From Azospirillaceae bacterium (GTDB taxonomy: Bacteria; Pseudomonadota; Alphaproteobacteria; Azospirillales; Azospirillaceae): DNA of 64,000 nt. The stretch's first letter is position 1, and each line of letters begins with the position of its first letter. A model generated the notes under the pieces. That model did no database searches and had not been told where the DNA came from. It was given only the letters and a program-made list of their open reading frames with translations. The stretch is from positions 11,788 through 75,787 of the forward strand of contig DASPNP010000075.1 of NCBI GenBank assembly GCA_035626475.1, given 5' to 3'. A program made the translations under genes and the position numbers. Positions 41,468 to 50,721 of this stretch are shown one piece after another.

Positions 41468-42640
41468 TCAGAACAGATGGCCGGAGCGGCTGGCCTTGGC
41501 CCTGAGATAGGCCTCGTTATGGCCGTTGCTGGGGAAGATGTGCGGCACGCGGTCCACCACCTCGATCCCGTGCTGGGCCAGCTGGGCCATCTTGTCGGGA
41601 TTGTTGGTCATCAGCCTGACCCGGCCGTAACCCAGCCCGTGCAGCATGGCGGCGGCCGGGGCGTAGACCCGCTCGTCCGCCTCGAAGCCCAGCGCCAGGT
41701 TGGCGTCCACCGTGTCGATGCCGCCATCCTGCAGCCGGTAGGCCCGCAGCTTGTTCAGCAGGCCGATGCCCCGCCCCTCCTGCGCCAGATACAGCAGCAC
41801 GCCGCTGCCGGCGTCGGCGATCTGCTGGATGGCGCCGCGCAGCTGCGGGCCGCAGTCGCAGCGCAGACTGCCCAGCAGGTCTCCGGTGAAGCATTCCGAG
41901 TGCAGCCGAGCCAGCACCGGCTCGCCCGGTGCGGGATCGCCGATGATGATGGCGAGATGCTCGGGGCTGCCGTCGGTCGGGCGGAAGGCGACGATGCGGG
42001 TGCGCTCGGCATCGGCCAGCGGCACCGTGGCCTCGACGATCCGGTGCAGCGTGCGCGCGGACTGGCGGTGGTAGCCGGCGACGTCGGCGCCCTCCACCGC
42101 CAGCAGGTCGTGCCGGCGCAGGAAGTCGGCCCGGTCCCCGGCGACGGCCACCTCGGCCACCAGGACCGAGGGCAGCAGCCGCGCCAGCTTCGCCAGCAGC
42201 GCCGCCGCCCCTTCCGCCGTGCCTTCCCAGGCGACGGGCGAGGCCTTCACCCGGCGGGCGCGCTCGGCCTGTGCCTCCGGCGGCAGGCGGGTCGGGTCGG
42301 ACAGGTCGCGGGCCAGTTCGGCCGAGACGGTGGCGGTGCCGGTCAGCACCAGCAGCCCGTCGTCCGGGCTCCCGGCGGCTGGGATCCCCAACGCGGCGGC
42401 GCGGCGGGCCGTCACCAGCAGCGCCGGCGCCGTGCCGGACAGCTTCGCCATGAAGTCGATCGCGGCCGTGGTCGCCGCCTCCGCCGCCTGCACCAGCAGG
42501 GCACGGCCGTCGGCGCCGGCCAGCAATACCACGTCGCCACGGCGCAGCTCGGCCATGGCGCGGTCCACCGCGCGCAGGGCGGCCCGGTCCAGCGGATGGG
42601 CGAGGTCGGCGCCCGAGACGAGGGGTGATGCGACGGCCAT
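41468..42640 (-). CDS. ribA: GTP cyclohydrolase II with an N-terminal RibB-like (possibly degenerate) domain
   Basis: VLARLHSECFTGDLLGSLRCDCGPQLRGAIQQIADAGSGVLLYLAQEGRGIGLLNKLRAYRLQDGGIDTVDANLALGF..DERVY...VRLMTNNPDK. Confidence 0.85.
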   Translation of the reverse strand: MAVASPLVSGADLAHPLDRAALRAVDRAMAELRRGDVVLLAGADGRALLVQAAEAATTAAIDFMAKLSGTAPALLVTARRAAALGIPAAGSPDDGLLVLTGTATVSAELARDLSDPTRLPPEAQAERARRVKASPVAWEGTAEGAAALLAKLARLLPSVLVAEVAVAGDRADFLRRHDLLAVEGADVAGYHRQSARTLHRIVEATVPLADAERTRIVAFRPTDGSPEHLAIIIGDPAPGEPVLARLHSECFTGDLLGSLRCDCGPQLRGAIQQIADAGSGVLLYLAQEGRGIGLLNKLRAYRLQDGGIDTVDANLALGFEADERVYAPAAAMLHGLGYGRVRLMTNNPDKMAQLAQHGIEVVDRVPHIFPSNGHNEAYLRAKASRSGHLF

Positions 42641-42827
42641 GGCGGAAATCGGCGACCGGCCACTGTTAGGGACGATGGACCGACCCTATCGGGCGGCGGC
42701 CGGAAATGCAAAAGGCGCGGTCCGCCGATCCGACCGGCGCCCGGTGCAGGGCTGCGCCGCCCCGGAATCGCCAAGTTCCGGTGCGCGTGCTAGGGTCGGA
42801 TTGGTAAACGGCGGTCCCGGCGGGGCG

Positions 42828-43505
42828 ATGCGGACGACAGGCAAGACGGTCCTTCTGGTGGACGACGACTCGGCGCTGCGCCAGTCGGTGGCGGAGCAGC
42901 TGGCCCTGCAGGAGGCGGCGGAGACGGTGGAGGCCGGCGATGCGGCCGCCGCCTTGGCGATCCTGCGCGGCAGGCGCTTCGACGCCATCCTGGTCGACCA
43001 GGGGCTGCCCGACATGGACGGGGCGGAGCTTTGCCGGCGGCTGCGCGCCGACGGGATCGACTGCCCGATCATCCTGCTGGCGACGGGCGATCCGGTCGAT
43101 GCCGCCACCGGCGCCACCGACCAGGTGGCCAAGCCGCTGCGGCTGGGAACGCTGCTCGCCAAGCTGCGGGCGCATCTGCGGCAGGCGGAGGCCGGCGCCG
43201 AGGGGGCTGTCGCCATCGGCCCCTACACCTTCCGCCCCGCCGCGAAGATGCTGCTGGAGGCGGCCCGGGACCGGCTGATCCGGCTGACCGAGAAGGAGAC
43301 GCAGATCCTCTCCTTCCTCTACCGCGCCGGCGACCGGCCGATCGGCCGCGAGACGCTGCTGGGCGAGGTCTGGGGCTACAATGCCGGGGTCACCACCCAT
43401 ACGCTGGAGACCCATGTCTACCGCCTCCGGCGCAAGATCGAGAGCGACCCCGCCAACGCCCGCATCCTGGTGACGGAGCCCGGCGGCTATCGCCTCGTCC
43501 CCTAG
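42828..43505 (+). CDS. OmpR/PhoB-family response regulator
   Basis: Last 225 codons of ORF 42219..43505. KTVLLVDDDSALRQ...FDAILVDQGLPDMDG...VAKPLRLGTLLAKL (receiver) and LTEKETQILSFLYRAGDRPIGRETLLGEVWGY...THTLETHVYRLRRKIE (winged helix). Confidence 0.9.
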   Translation: MRTTGKTVLLVDDDSALRQSVAEQLALQEAAETVEAGDAAAALAILRGRRFDAILVDQGLPDMDGAELCRRLRADGIDCPIILLATGDPVDAATGATDQVAKPLRLGTLLAKLRAHLRQAEAGAEGAVAIGPYTFRPAAKMLLEAARDRLIRLTEKETQILSFLYRAGDRPIGRETLLGEVWGYNAGVTTHTLETHVYRLRRKIESDPANARILVTEPGGYRLVP

Positions 43506-43580
43506 GAAATTTCCCCTCGAAAGCGGGGGCGGCGGGGTCTAGGCTCGACCGGACCGCCGCACCCCTAGGAGACGGGACCC

Positions 43581-44435
43581 GTGACCGGGCAGGACTTCTT
43601 CCAGGCGCGCTTCTGGGGCGTGCGCGGCAGCATCGCCACCCCGGGGCCGGAGACCGCCCGCTATGGCGGCAACACCAGCTGCGTCGAGCTGCGCTGCGGG
43701 CCGCACCTGCTGATCCTGGACGCCGGCACGGGCATCCGGCCGCTGGGCGTGGCGCTGGGACGGGCCGGCGGCGCGCTAACGGCCGACCTGTTCCTGACCC
43801 ATACCCATTACGACCATATCGGCGGCCTGCCCTTCTTCGGGCCGGCCTACGACCCGGGCAACGACATCCTGATCTGGGAAGGGCATCTCGGCCCCGCCAC
43901 CGACCTGCACGACGTCATGACCATGCTCATGGCATCGCCGCTGTTCCCGGTGCCGGCGACGCTGATCGAAAAGAGCTGCCGCTACCGCAAGTTCCAGGCG
44001 GGCGAGACGCTGACGCCCCGGCCGGGCGTGACGGTGCGCACCGCGCCGCTGAACCATCCCGACGGCGCCACCGGCTACCGCATCGACCATGCCGGTCGCA
44101 GCTTCTGCTTCATCACCGATCACGAGCACCCGGCGGAGGGACCCGGCGACGCGCTGGTGGAACTGGTGCGCGGCGCCGACGTGATGGTCTATGATTCGAC
44201 CTACACCGACGCGGAGTATGCCCGGCACCGGGGCTGGGGCCACTCCACCTGGCAGGAGGCCTGCCGGCTGGCCGATACGGCGGGGGTGAAGCGGGTGGTG
44301 CTGTTCCACCATGATCCGGGCCGCGACGACGCCGCGCTGGACGCCATCGTGGCGGAGGCTGACCGTCTACGCCCCGGGACGCTCGCCGCACGCGAGGGGA
44401 TGGTGCTGGATCTGCTGGCGGGAACGGTGGGTTGA
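43581..44435 (+). CDS. MBL-fold metallo-hydrolase
   Basis: FWGVRGSIATPGPETARYGGNTSCVELR...LILDAGTGIRPLG...LFLTHTHYDHIGGLPFF...VLFHHDP. GTG start 9 nt after AGGAG. Confidence 0.8.
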   Translation: MTGQDFFQARFWGVRGSIATPGPETARYGGNTSCVELRCGPHLLILDAGTGIRPLGVALGRAGGALTADLFLTHTHYDHIGGLPFFGPAYDPGNDILIWEGHLGPATDLHDVMTMLMASPLFPVPATLIEKSCRYRKFQAGETLTPRPGVTVRTAPLNHPDGATGYRIDHAGRSFCFITDHEHPAEGPGDALVELVRGADVMVYDSTYTDAEYARHRGWGHSTWQEACRLADTAGVKRVVLFHHDPGRDDAALDAIVAEADRLRPGTLAAREGMVLDLLAGTVG

Positions 44436-44497
44436 CGTTAACCACTTCGTGGTAGTGTCCCGCCCGCCGCCCCCCACGATCCGGATCGCCCGCCGCC

Positions 44498-45088
44498 GTG
44501 TCCGCCCTCCGCTCCGCCTTCCGGCTGCCCCGCCTGCTTCTCGCCCTGTTCGCCTGCCTGTGGCTGGTCGCCTGCGCCGCCGGCCGGCCCCCGGCGGAGC
44601 CGTCGCCGCCCGACCTGCCGCCGCTGCCGGACCTGCGCCGGATCGTGCTGGTCCACCAGCCCAGCGGCGAGAAGGCGGACGTGGTCTACTGGTTCAACGG
44701 CCAGTACGACCCGCGCGCCATGGAACGGGTGAAGCTGGTGCTGCGCGACCGCAATGACGGCACGGTCGGCGAGATCGACCCGCTGCTGCTGGATTTCCTG
44801 TTCGACCTGCTCTACCGGACCGGCCTGCCCTCCTCGACCGAGATCCACGTCTATTCCGGCTACCGTTCGCCCCAGACGAACGCCCGGCTGGTCAAGGCCA
44901 ACCCGCAGGCGGCGCGCGAGAGCTTCCACATGCAGGGCAAGGCGGTGGACATCAAGGTGCCGATCCTGCCGGGCGCCGCCATCGCCGAGATCGCCAAGAC
45001 CATGCAGCGCGGCGGCGCCGCCTACTACCCCTCGACGGGCCACACCCATGTCGACACCGGGCCGGTGAGGACCTGGCGGACGCGGTGA
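44498..45088 (+). CDS. DUF882 / peptidase M15A family (YcbK/MepK-like murein endopeptidase), lipoprotein
   Basis: Lipobox LWLVAC. IHVYSGYRSPQTNARL, SFHMQGKAVDIKV, GHTHVDTG (zinc-ligand pattern of the family). GTG start. Confidence 0.8.
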   Translation: MSALRSAFRLPRLLLALFACLWLVACAAGRPPAEPSPPDLPPLPDLRRIVLVHQPSGEKADVVYWFNGQYDPRAMERVKLVLRDRNDGTVGEIDPLLLDFLFDLLYRTGLPSSTEIHVYSGYRSPQTNARLVKANPQAARESFHMQGKAVDIKVPILPGAAIAEIAKTMQRGGAAYYPSTGHTHVDTGPVRTWRTR

Positions 45089-45091
45089 GGA

Positions 45092-45448
45092 TCAGGGCTG
45101 GCCACCTACCGCCTGCCGCAAATCGGCGACCGTTCTGCGAAGGGGTGGCAGCGCCTCGGTGACGGTACGCCATAGCATGGCGTCACTGACACGGTGGTAC
45201 TCGTGCCGGTAGACGTTGCCGATGTCGGCGACGTTGCGCCAGGGGATCTCCGGGTGCCGCTCCTTAAGGTCGGCGGGCAGGCGCCGGGACGCCTCCGACA
45301 AGGTCAGCAGCGCGTAGAGCACGGCGTACTTGGACTTGGTATCCCGGCTGAACGCCTCGAAATCCATGCCCTCGGTGAAGGTCTCGACATGCCGGATCGC
45401 CCCGTCCATGTCGTCGAGCCAGCTCCTGATACGCTCGTCAGAAGGCAT
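45092..45448 (-). CDS. HepT-like (DUF86) ribonuclease toxin
   Basis: MPSDERIRSWLDDMDGAIRHVETFTEGMDFEAF..DTKSKYAVLYALLTLSEASRRLP..LKERHPEIPWRNVADIGNVYRHEYHRVSDAMLW. DUF86 layout with an R-H-x-Y core. Overlaps the upstream MNT gene by 11 nt. Confidence 0.8.
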   Translation of the reverse strand: MPSDERIRSWLDDMDGAIRHVETFTEGMDFEAFSRDTKSKYAVLYALLTLSEASRRLPADLKERHPEIPWRNVADIGNVYRHEYHRVSDAMLWRTVTEALPPLRRTVADLRQAVGGQP

Positions 45449-45758
45449 GGACCACATCCTGGCGCACCGTCTCGGCCATCTCGGGCCGCAACGCGTCGGC
45501 GGCGATCACGTCGGCGCCGGGAACGATTTCGGCCACCCGTCGGCGCAGCCCAGCATAGGTGAAGAGGTCGGGCTCCCGTCCCGCCGCGAACTCCAGCAAC
45601 ACATCGATGTCGCTCCCCATACCGGCCGCACCACGGGCGGTGGAGCCGAACACACCCGCCCGGGCGACGCCGGCCGCCTCCAGTTCGCGACGGTGCGCGA
45701 CGAGCATGGCGAGCGCTTCGGCGAGGGTCGGCGGATGGTGGGGCTGTCCGGTGCTCAT
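45438..45758 (-). CDS. MntA-type nucleotidyltransferase antitoxin
   Basis: ...AGVFGSTARGAAGMGSDIDVLLEF... has the GSxxRG-x(n)-DxD minimal nucleotidyltransferase motif. ATG 45758 within ORF 45438..45887. Confidence 0.8.
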   Translation of the reverse strand: MSTGQPHHPPTLAEALAMLVAHRRELEAAGVARAGVFGSTARGAAGMGSDIDVLLEFAAGREPDLFTYAGLRRRVAEIVPGADVIAADALRPEMAETVRQDVVHAF

Positions 45759-45801
45759 GCCCTGAAGATAGGGCGGCCGGCCGTGTTTATGAAGACGCCC
45801 C

Positions 45802-45838
45802 GCAAACGACAAGGCCCGGCCGGTTTCCCGGTCGGGCC
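45802..45838 (-). terminator. candidate intrinsic terminator (minus strand), about 130 nt downstream of the EamA-family gene
   Basis: On the minus strand GGCCCGACCGG-GAAA-CCGGCCGGGCC (11-bp stem with one G-U) is followed by TTGTCGTTTG. Confidence 0.45.
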
Positions 45839-45968
45839 GTCGCTGGTCGCGGCCCCGAGCTGAGGGGCAGGATCCGGGTCGCGACACGGATGTGATCCTA
45901 GACCTCGCCGGCCCCGCCGCCTGTGAGGGCCGTCACACTCGCTGGTGGAAGTTGCCGTCCCGGACGGG

Positions 45969-46868
45969 TCATGCCGGGCGGAGGCGCCGCAGCAGCCGCC
46001 CGTCGATCAGCGCCAGCCCCAGCGCGATCCCCGCCATGCCGGCCAGCTGGCGCGTGCCCACCGCCTCGCCCAGGAACGCCACGCCCAGCAGCGTGGCGCT
46101 GACCGGGATCAGCAGCGTCACCAGCAGCACGTTGGCGGCGCCGATCGAGGAGAGGATGCGGAAGAACAGCAGATAGGCCAGCGCCGTGCTGAGCAGCGCC
46201 AGCCCGGCCACGGCCGCCATGGTCTCCGTCCCCGGCACGGCCAGGGTCCAGGGCCGGTCGACCAGCAGCGCCAGCGGCACCATCATGATTGCCGTCGCCG
46301 CCACCTGCCCCGCCGCGGTCACGACCGGCGGGTCGGTGCGGAACCGCCGGCCGTAGAGGCTGCCGAGCCCGTAGCAGAAGGCGCCGGCCAGCACCGCCAG
46401 CTGGCGCGGCAGCTCGCCCCCCAGGTCGGTCAGCGCCGCCGGCCCGACCATGACCGCCACCCCGCCCATGCCGACCAGCACGCCGGTCAGCCGGTGGGCG
46501 CTCAGCCTCTCGTCCGCGGTGAGGAGATGGGCCAGGATCGCGCCCCAGAACGGCGTGCTGGCGTTCAGCACCGCCGCCATGCCGGCCGTCAGATGCGCCT
46601 GGCCCCAGAAGATCAGGCAGAAGGGAACCAGGCTGTTCAGCAGCCCCAGCACGGCATAGCGGCGCCAATCGCCGAGCGGCAGGCGGTGGCCGGTGGCGCG
46701 GACCACGGCCAGCAGCACCAGCGCCGCCAGCGCGACGCGGCAGAGCACCAGGGTCAGCGGCGGCAGCTCGGCCAGCGCCACCTTGCCGAAGAAGAAGGAG
46801 GCGCCCCAGAGCAGCGAGAGCAGCAGGAGCAGGGCCCAGTCGCGGGTGCCGATGCGGGTAGAGGACAT
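45969..46868 (-). CDS. DMT-superfamily (EamA) transporter
   Basis: 299 aa, 10 hydrophobic segments. WALLLLLSLLWGASFFFGKVALAELPPLTLVLCRVALAALVLL. Confidence 0.85.
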   Translation of the reverse strand: MSSTRIGTRDWALLLLLSLLWGASFFFGKVALAELPPLTLVLCRVALAALVLLAVVRATGHRLPLGDWRRYAVLGLLNSLVPFCLIFWGQAHLTAGMAAVLNASTPFWGAILAHLLTADERLSAHRLTGVLVGMGGVAVMVGPAALTDLGGELPRQLAVLAGAFCYGLGSLYGRRFRTDPPVVTAAGQVAATAIMMVPLALLVDRPWTLAVPGTETMAAVAGLALLSTALAYLLFFRILSSIGAANVLLVTLLIPVSATLLGVAFLGEAVGTRQLAGMAGIALGLALIDGRLLRRLRPA

Positions 46869-47075
46869 GCGCTTGGTGCCGGTCGCGGAGAAAGGATGGC
46901 GGAGGATGCGCCCTCCCGCCCCGCCGCCGCCACCCGGTTCCTGCGCCCGCGCGATCCCTCGGCGATGCGCTTGAGGATTGTCCTAGATCATTTGGCGCGT
47001 GCACCTTTCCTGGAATGATGGATCGAACGCGGCCGCCGCGCCTTCGGCGGCCGGGACAATCCGTCGAGGAAACCC

Positions 47076-48758
47076 ATGCCCCGCATCGCCCTTTCCATCC
47101 GCCTGAAGCTGTGGGCCCTGGTGGCCGCCGGTACCGCCTCGGGCGCCTGCGTCGTCATCGCTTCGCTGTGGCTGAGCTACGGACAGCTGCACACAGACCG
47201 CGAACACGCGCTGCGCATGATCGCCGAGACCGGGCGGGGGCTGGCGGCGACGCTGGAGGCCCGGGCGGTCGCCGGCGAGATGACGCGCGAGCAGGCGCAG
47301 GCCGCCTTCCGCCGCGACCTGACGGGGATGAAGCACGGCGCCGGGACGGAGTCCTACGTCTATGCCCTGACCATGGACGGCAAGGGTTTCGCCCATCCCG
47401 ACCCGAAGGTCATGAAGGGCGACGCCGTCACCGATGCCGAGGGCGTGCCCTATCTGCGCGAGATCGCCCGCATCGGCCGGACCCAGGGCGAGGGCGCCTT
47501 CGCCTATACCCTGCCGGCGCCGGGCGGCGGCACCGTGCCGGTGGTGACCTACGCCAAGGCCTTCCAGCCCTGGGGAATCGTCATCGGCACCAGCGCCTCG
47601 ACCGACGACATCCTGGACCTGTTCCTGGCGAACCTCATGAAGCTCGCGGCGCTGGTCGCGGTCGTCGCCGTCCCGGCGGTGGCCTTCCTCGCCTATATCA
47701 GCCAGACGGTCAGCGCCTCGATCAGCGGGCTGGCGGGCAAGATGTCGGCGCTGGCGGCGGGCGACCTTGCCATCGCCATTCCCGAGGCCGACCGCGGCGA
47801 CGAGGTCGGCGACATGGCCCGCGCCGTGCGGATCTTCCAGCAGCAGGGCGAGGCCAAGCGCCGGCTGGAGGCGGAGCAGGCCGAGGCGACGCGCCGGGCC
47901 GAGGCGGAGAAGCGGGCGGCCATGGCGGATCTCGCCGGCGCGTTCGAATCCTCCGTCGGCGGCGTGCTGCGCACCGTCTCGGCCGAGATCGCCGAGGTGG
48001 AGCGCGAGGCCGGCGCCGTCACCCAGGCGGCGGAGCGGGCCGGGTCGCTGGCGGCCGCCGTCGCCGCCGCCACCGAGCAGACCAGCATGAACGTGCGCAC
48101 CGTGGCGGAGGCGGCCGAGCAGCTGTCGGCCAGCATCGGCGAGATCGGCCAGCAGGTCACCAGCTCCTCCACCATCTCGCACCAGGCGCTGGACCGCATC
48201 CAGGCCGCCAACCAGCGGGTCGAGGGGCTGGCGGCAGCGGTGGAGCGCATCGGCACGGTCGTCCAGCTCATCAACGAGATCGCCAGCCAGACCAATCTGC
48301 TGGCGCTCAACGCCACGATCGAGGCCGCCCGCGCCGGTGAGGCCGGCAAGGGCTTCGCCGTGGTCGCCAGCGAGGTCAAGCAGCTGGCCAACCAGACAGC
48401 AAAGGCGACGGAGGAGATCGCCGAGCATGTCCAGACCATCCAGGCCCAGACCTCCGGCACGGTGGCGGAGATCCACGAGGTGGTCTCGGTCATCCGCCAG
48501 GTGAACGGCATCGCCGCCGCCATCGCCGCCGCGGTGGAGGAGCAGGGCGCCGCCACCGCCGAGATCAGCCGCAACGTCCAGGAGGCCGCCGCCGGCACCC
48601 AGGAGGTGGCCGACAGCATCCTCGGCGTCGACCAGGCCGCCAACGAGAGCGGCTCCGCCAGCCGCGGCATGCTGTCCCGCGCCCAGGCCCTGGCCCAGCA
48701 GTCCCACGCGCTGGACGGCGAGGTGAGGCGCTTCCTGGACGGGGTGCGGGCGGCCTGA
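47076..48758 (+). CDS. methyl-accepting chemotaxis protein with a periplasmic Cache-like sensor and HAMP
   Basis: TM, then a sCache-like segment ([39 protein letters not shown]...), a second TM, HAMP ([29 protein letters not shown]), and the signalling domain [44 protein letters not shown]. Confidence 0.9.
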   Translation: MPRIALSIRLKLWALVAAGTASGACVVIASLWLSYGQLHTDREHALRMIAETGRGLAATLEARAVAGEMTREQAQAAFRRDLTGMKHGAGTESYVYALTMDGKGFAHPDPKVMKGDAVTDAEGVPYLREIARIGRTQGEGAFAYTLPAPGGGTVPVVTYAKAFQPWGIVIGTSASTDDILDLFLANLMKLAALVAVVAVPAVAFLAYISQTVSASISGLAGKMSALAAGDLAIAIPEADRGDEVGDMARAVRIFQQQGEAKRRLEAEQAEATRRAEAEKRAAMADLAGAFESSVGGVLRTVSAEIAEVEREAGAVTQAAERAGSLAAAVAAATEQTSMNVRTVAEAAEQLSASIGEIGQQVTSSSTISHQALDRIQAANQRVEGLAAAVERIGTVVQLINEIASQTNLLALNATIEAARAGEAGKGFAVVASEVKQLANQTAKATEEIAEHVQTIQAQTSGTVAEIHEVVSVIRQVNGIAAAIAAAVEEQGAATAEISRNVQEAAAGTQEVADSILGVDQAANESGSASRGMLSRAQALAQQSHALDGEVRRFLDGVRAA

Positions 48759-48840
48759 CGCGCGGCGGTGCGCGGGCGTCCGCGTTTGCGCCCTCCCCCC
48801 GCATCCGCTACAACCGCCGCTTCTGCAGGAGGATGCGGGC

Positions 48841-49551
48841 ATGAGGCTGGTGCGGCTGGTCGCGAACCTGGGCTATGGCAGCCAGCGCGACGTCCGGGAG
48901 ATGATCCGGTGGGGGCGCGTCACGGCGCCGGACGGCACGCCCTACGGCCCGGACGACAAGGCGGAGCACGACCAGGTGCTGGTCGACGGCGAGCCGCTGG
49001 ACCCGCCGCCCGGCGTGGTGCTGCTGATGAACAAGCCCACGGGCTACACCTGCTCCACCAGCGATCCCGGCCGCATCGTCTATGAGCTGCTGCCCGAGCG
49101 CTTCATGCACCGCAAGCCGGTCATCGCGCCGGTGGGCCGGCTGGACCGCGAGACGTCGGGGCTGCTGCTGCTGACCGACGACGGCCAGCTGCTGCACCGG
49201 ATCACCTCGCCCAAGCACCATGTGCCCAAGACCTACGAGGTCACGCTGGACCGGCCGCTCACCGGCACCGAGGGCGACGTGTTCGGCCGCGGCGGGCTGA
49301 TCCTGAAGGGCGAGAAGACGCCGCTGCTGCCGGCGGTTCTGGAGCCCACCGGCGACAAGACCGCCCGGCTGACCATCACCGAGGGCCGCTACCATCAGGT
49401 CCGCCGCATGTTCGCCGCCGTCGGCAACCATGTCGTGGCGCTGCACCGCGCCGCCATCGGCGGCCTCACGCTGGCGGAGCTGCCGGAGGGCGAGTGGCGG
49501 CCGCTGGCGTCCGGCGAGCTGGACCGCATCTTCGCCGGGAGGGGCGCATGA
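48841..49551 (+). CDS. rsuA: 16S rRNA pseudouridine(516) synthase
   Basis: MRLVRLVANLGYGSQRDVREMIRWGRVT (S4-like), LLMNKPTGYTCSTSDP, VGRLDRETSGLLLLTDDGQL, KTYEV, GRYHQVRRMFAAVG. Confidence 0.85.
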   Translation: MRLVRLVANLGYGSQRDVREMIRWGRVTAPDGTPYGPDDKAEHDQVLVDGEPLDPPPGVVLLMNKPTGYTCSTSDPGRIVYELLPERFMHRKPVIAPVGRLDRETSGLLLLTDDGQLLHRITSPKHHVPKTYEVTLDRPLTGTEGDVFGRGGLILKGEKTPLLPAVLEPTGDKTARLTITEGRYHQVRRMFAAVGNHVVALHRAAIGGLTLAELPEGEWRPLASGELDRIFAGRGA

Positions 49552-50594
49552 GCGGGGACGCGTTGCGCGTGCTGCTTCAGCCCTTCGCCGAGGGGCTGCT
49601 GCCGATGCCGGACGCGGGGCGGGCGGTGCTGCTGCGCGCCGAACCGGCGCCGGAGCTGGACTCCGCCTGGCGCGACGCGCTGGTCTGCGAGCAGAGCTTC
49701 AAGCCGCACCATGACGGCTTGGCCGCCGCCGGCTTCCAGGTGGAGCGGCGGCTCGACGGCACCGGCCGCTTCGACATGGCGCTCTGCCTGCTGACCAAGC
49801 ACAAGGCGGAGAGCCTGGCGAACCTGGCGCGCGGCTGGGCGATGCTGGAGCCGGGCGGCGTGCTGGTCTGCTGCGGCGCCAAGGACAGCGGTGCGGCCAG
49901 CGTCGAGAAGCAGCTGCGCCTGGCGCTGGGCGAGCTGGAGAGCGGCCTGTCCAAGTCGCACTGCCGCGCCTTCTGGGCGCGCAAGGCGGATGACGCCATG
50001 CCGGAGCTGCTGGCCCGGTGGCTGGCGGAGGGCGAGATGCGGCTGGTGCCGGAGACGGGCTTCGTCTCGCGCCCCGGCCTGTTCGGCTGGAACAAGGTCG
50101 ACGAGGGCTCGCGCCTGCTGGCGGAGCATATGCCGGCCCGGCTCAGCGGCGTGGTCGCGGATCTCGGCGCCGGCTGGGGCTATCTCACCACCGAGCTGCT
50201 GCGCCGCTGCCCCAAGGCCGAGCGCATCGACCTGTACGAGGCGGAGTGGCTGGCGCTGGAGGCGGCGCGGGAGAATGTCGGCCGCCTGTCGCCGGCGATA
50301 CCGGTGGGCTTCCACTGGCAGGACGTGACGGCGCCGGGCATCCCGCGCCGCTCCTACGACCGGGTGGTCACCAACCCGCCCTTTCATGGCAGCGGGGGCG
50401 CCGGCAAGGCGACCGAGCACGATCTCGGCCGCGCCTTCATCCTGGCGGCGGCGGAGGCCCTGCGCCCCGGCGGCACCATGCTGCTGGTCGCCAACCGCCA
50501 CCTGCCCTACGAGGCGGTGATCGACCAGAAGTTCCGGGGCAAGGTCGTGCTGGCGGAAGGCAACGCCTTCAAGGTCATCGAGGCGCGGCTGTGA
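49548..50594 (+). CDS. class I SAM-dependent rRNA methyltransferase (RsmC/RsmD-like, 16S m2G type)
   Basis: ATGA overlap with rsuA. VADLGAGWGYLTTELL (SAM motif I) and VVTNPPFHGSG (NPPF catalytic motif). Confidence 0.75.
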   Translation: MSGDALRVLLQPFAEGLLPMPDAGRAVLLRAEPAPELDSAWRDALVCEQSFKPHHDGLAAAGFQVERRLDGTGRFDMALCLLTKHKAESLANLARGWAMLEPGGVLVCCGAKDSGAASVEKQLRLALGELESGLSKSHCRAFWARKADDAMPELLARWLAEGEMRLVPETGFVSRPGLFGWNKVDEGSRLLAEHMPARLSGVVADLGAGWGYLTTELLRRCPKAERIDLYEAEWLALEAARENVGRLSPAIPVGFHWQDVTAPGIPRRSYDRVVTNPPFHGSGGAGKATEHDLGRAFILAAAEALRPGGTMLLVANRHLPYEAVIDQKFRGKVVLAEGNAFKVIEARL

Positions 50595-50721
50595 AACTCC
50601 GAAATCGCTTGTAAATTACTCTGGTTTCGCAGGATAGGCGGCAATGTTCGGCCCGTATGGCCTCATACCCCGAACGATCTTCCTTTAGAGATGATGCGCA
50701 GTTCTCTTCGGCTCCTCTAAT

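Noticed and set aside
42641-42827. Possible FMN (RFN) riboswitch upstream of ribA
   Set aside because: I read both strands of the 187-bp ribA/response-regulator spacer and could not find the conserved RFN blocks (for example GGTGAAATTCC or GACGGTAAAGTCCGGATG-like). An Infernal scan would be decisive.
46983-48842. 619-aa ORF antisense to the MCP gene
   Set aside because: Gly/Ala/Leu/Asp-rich mirror image of the coiled-coil MCP signalling domain. The plus strand carries the invariant [20 protein letters not shown] motif.
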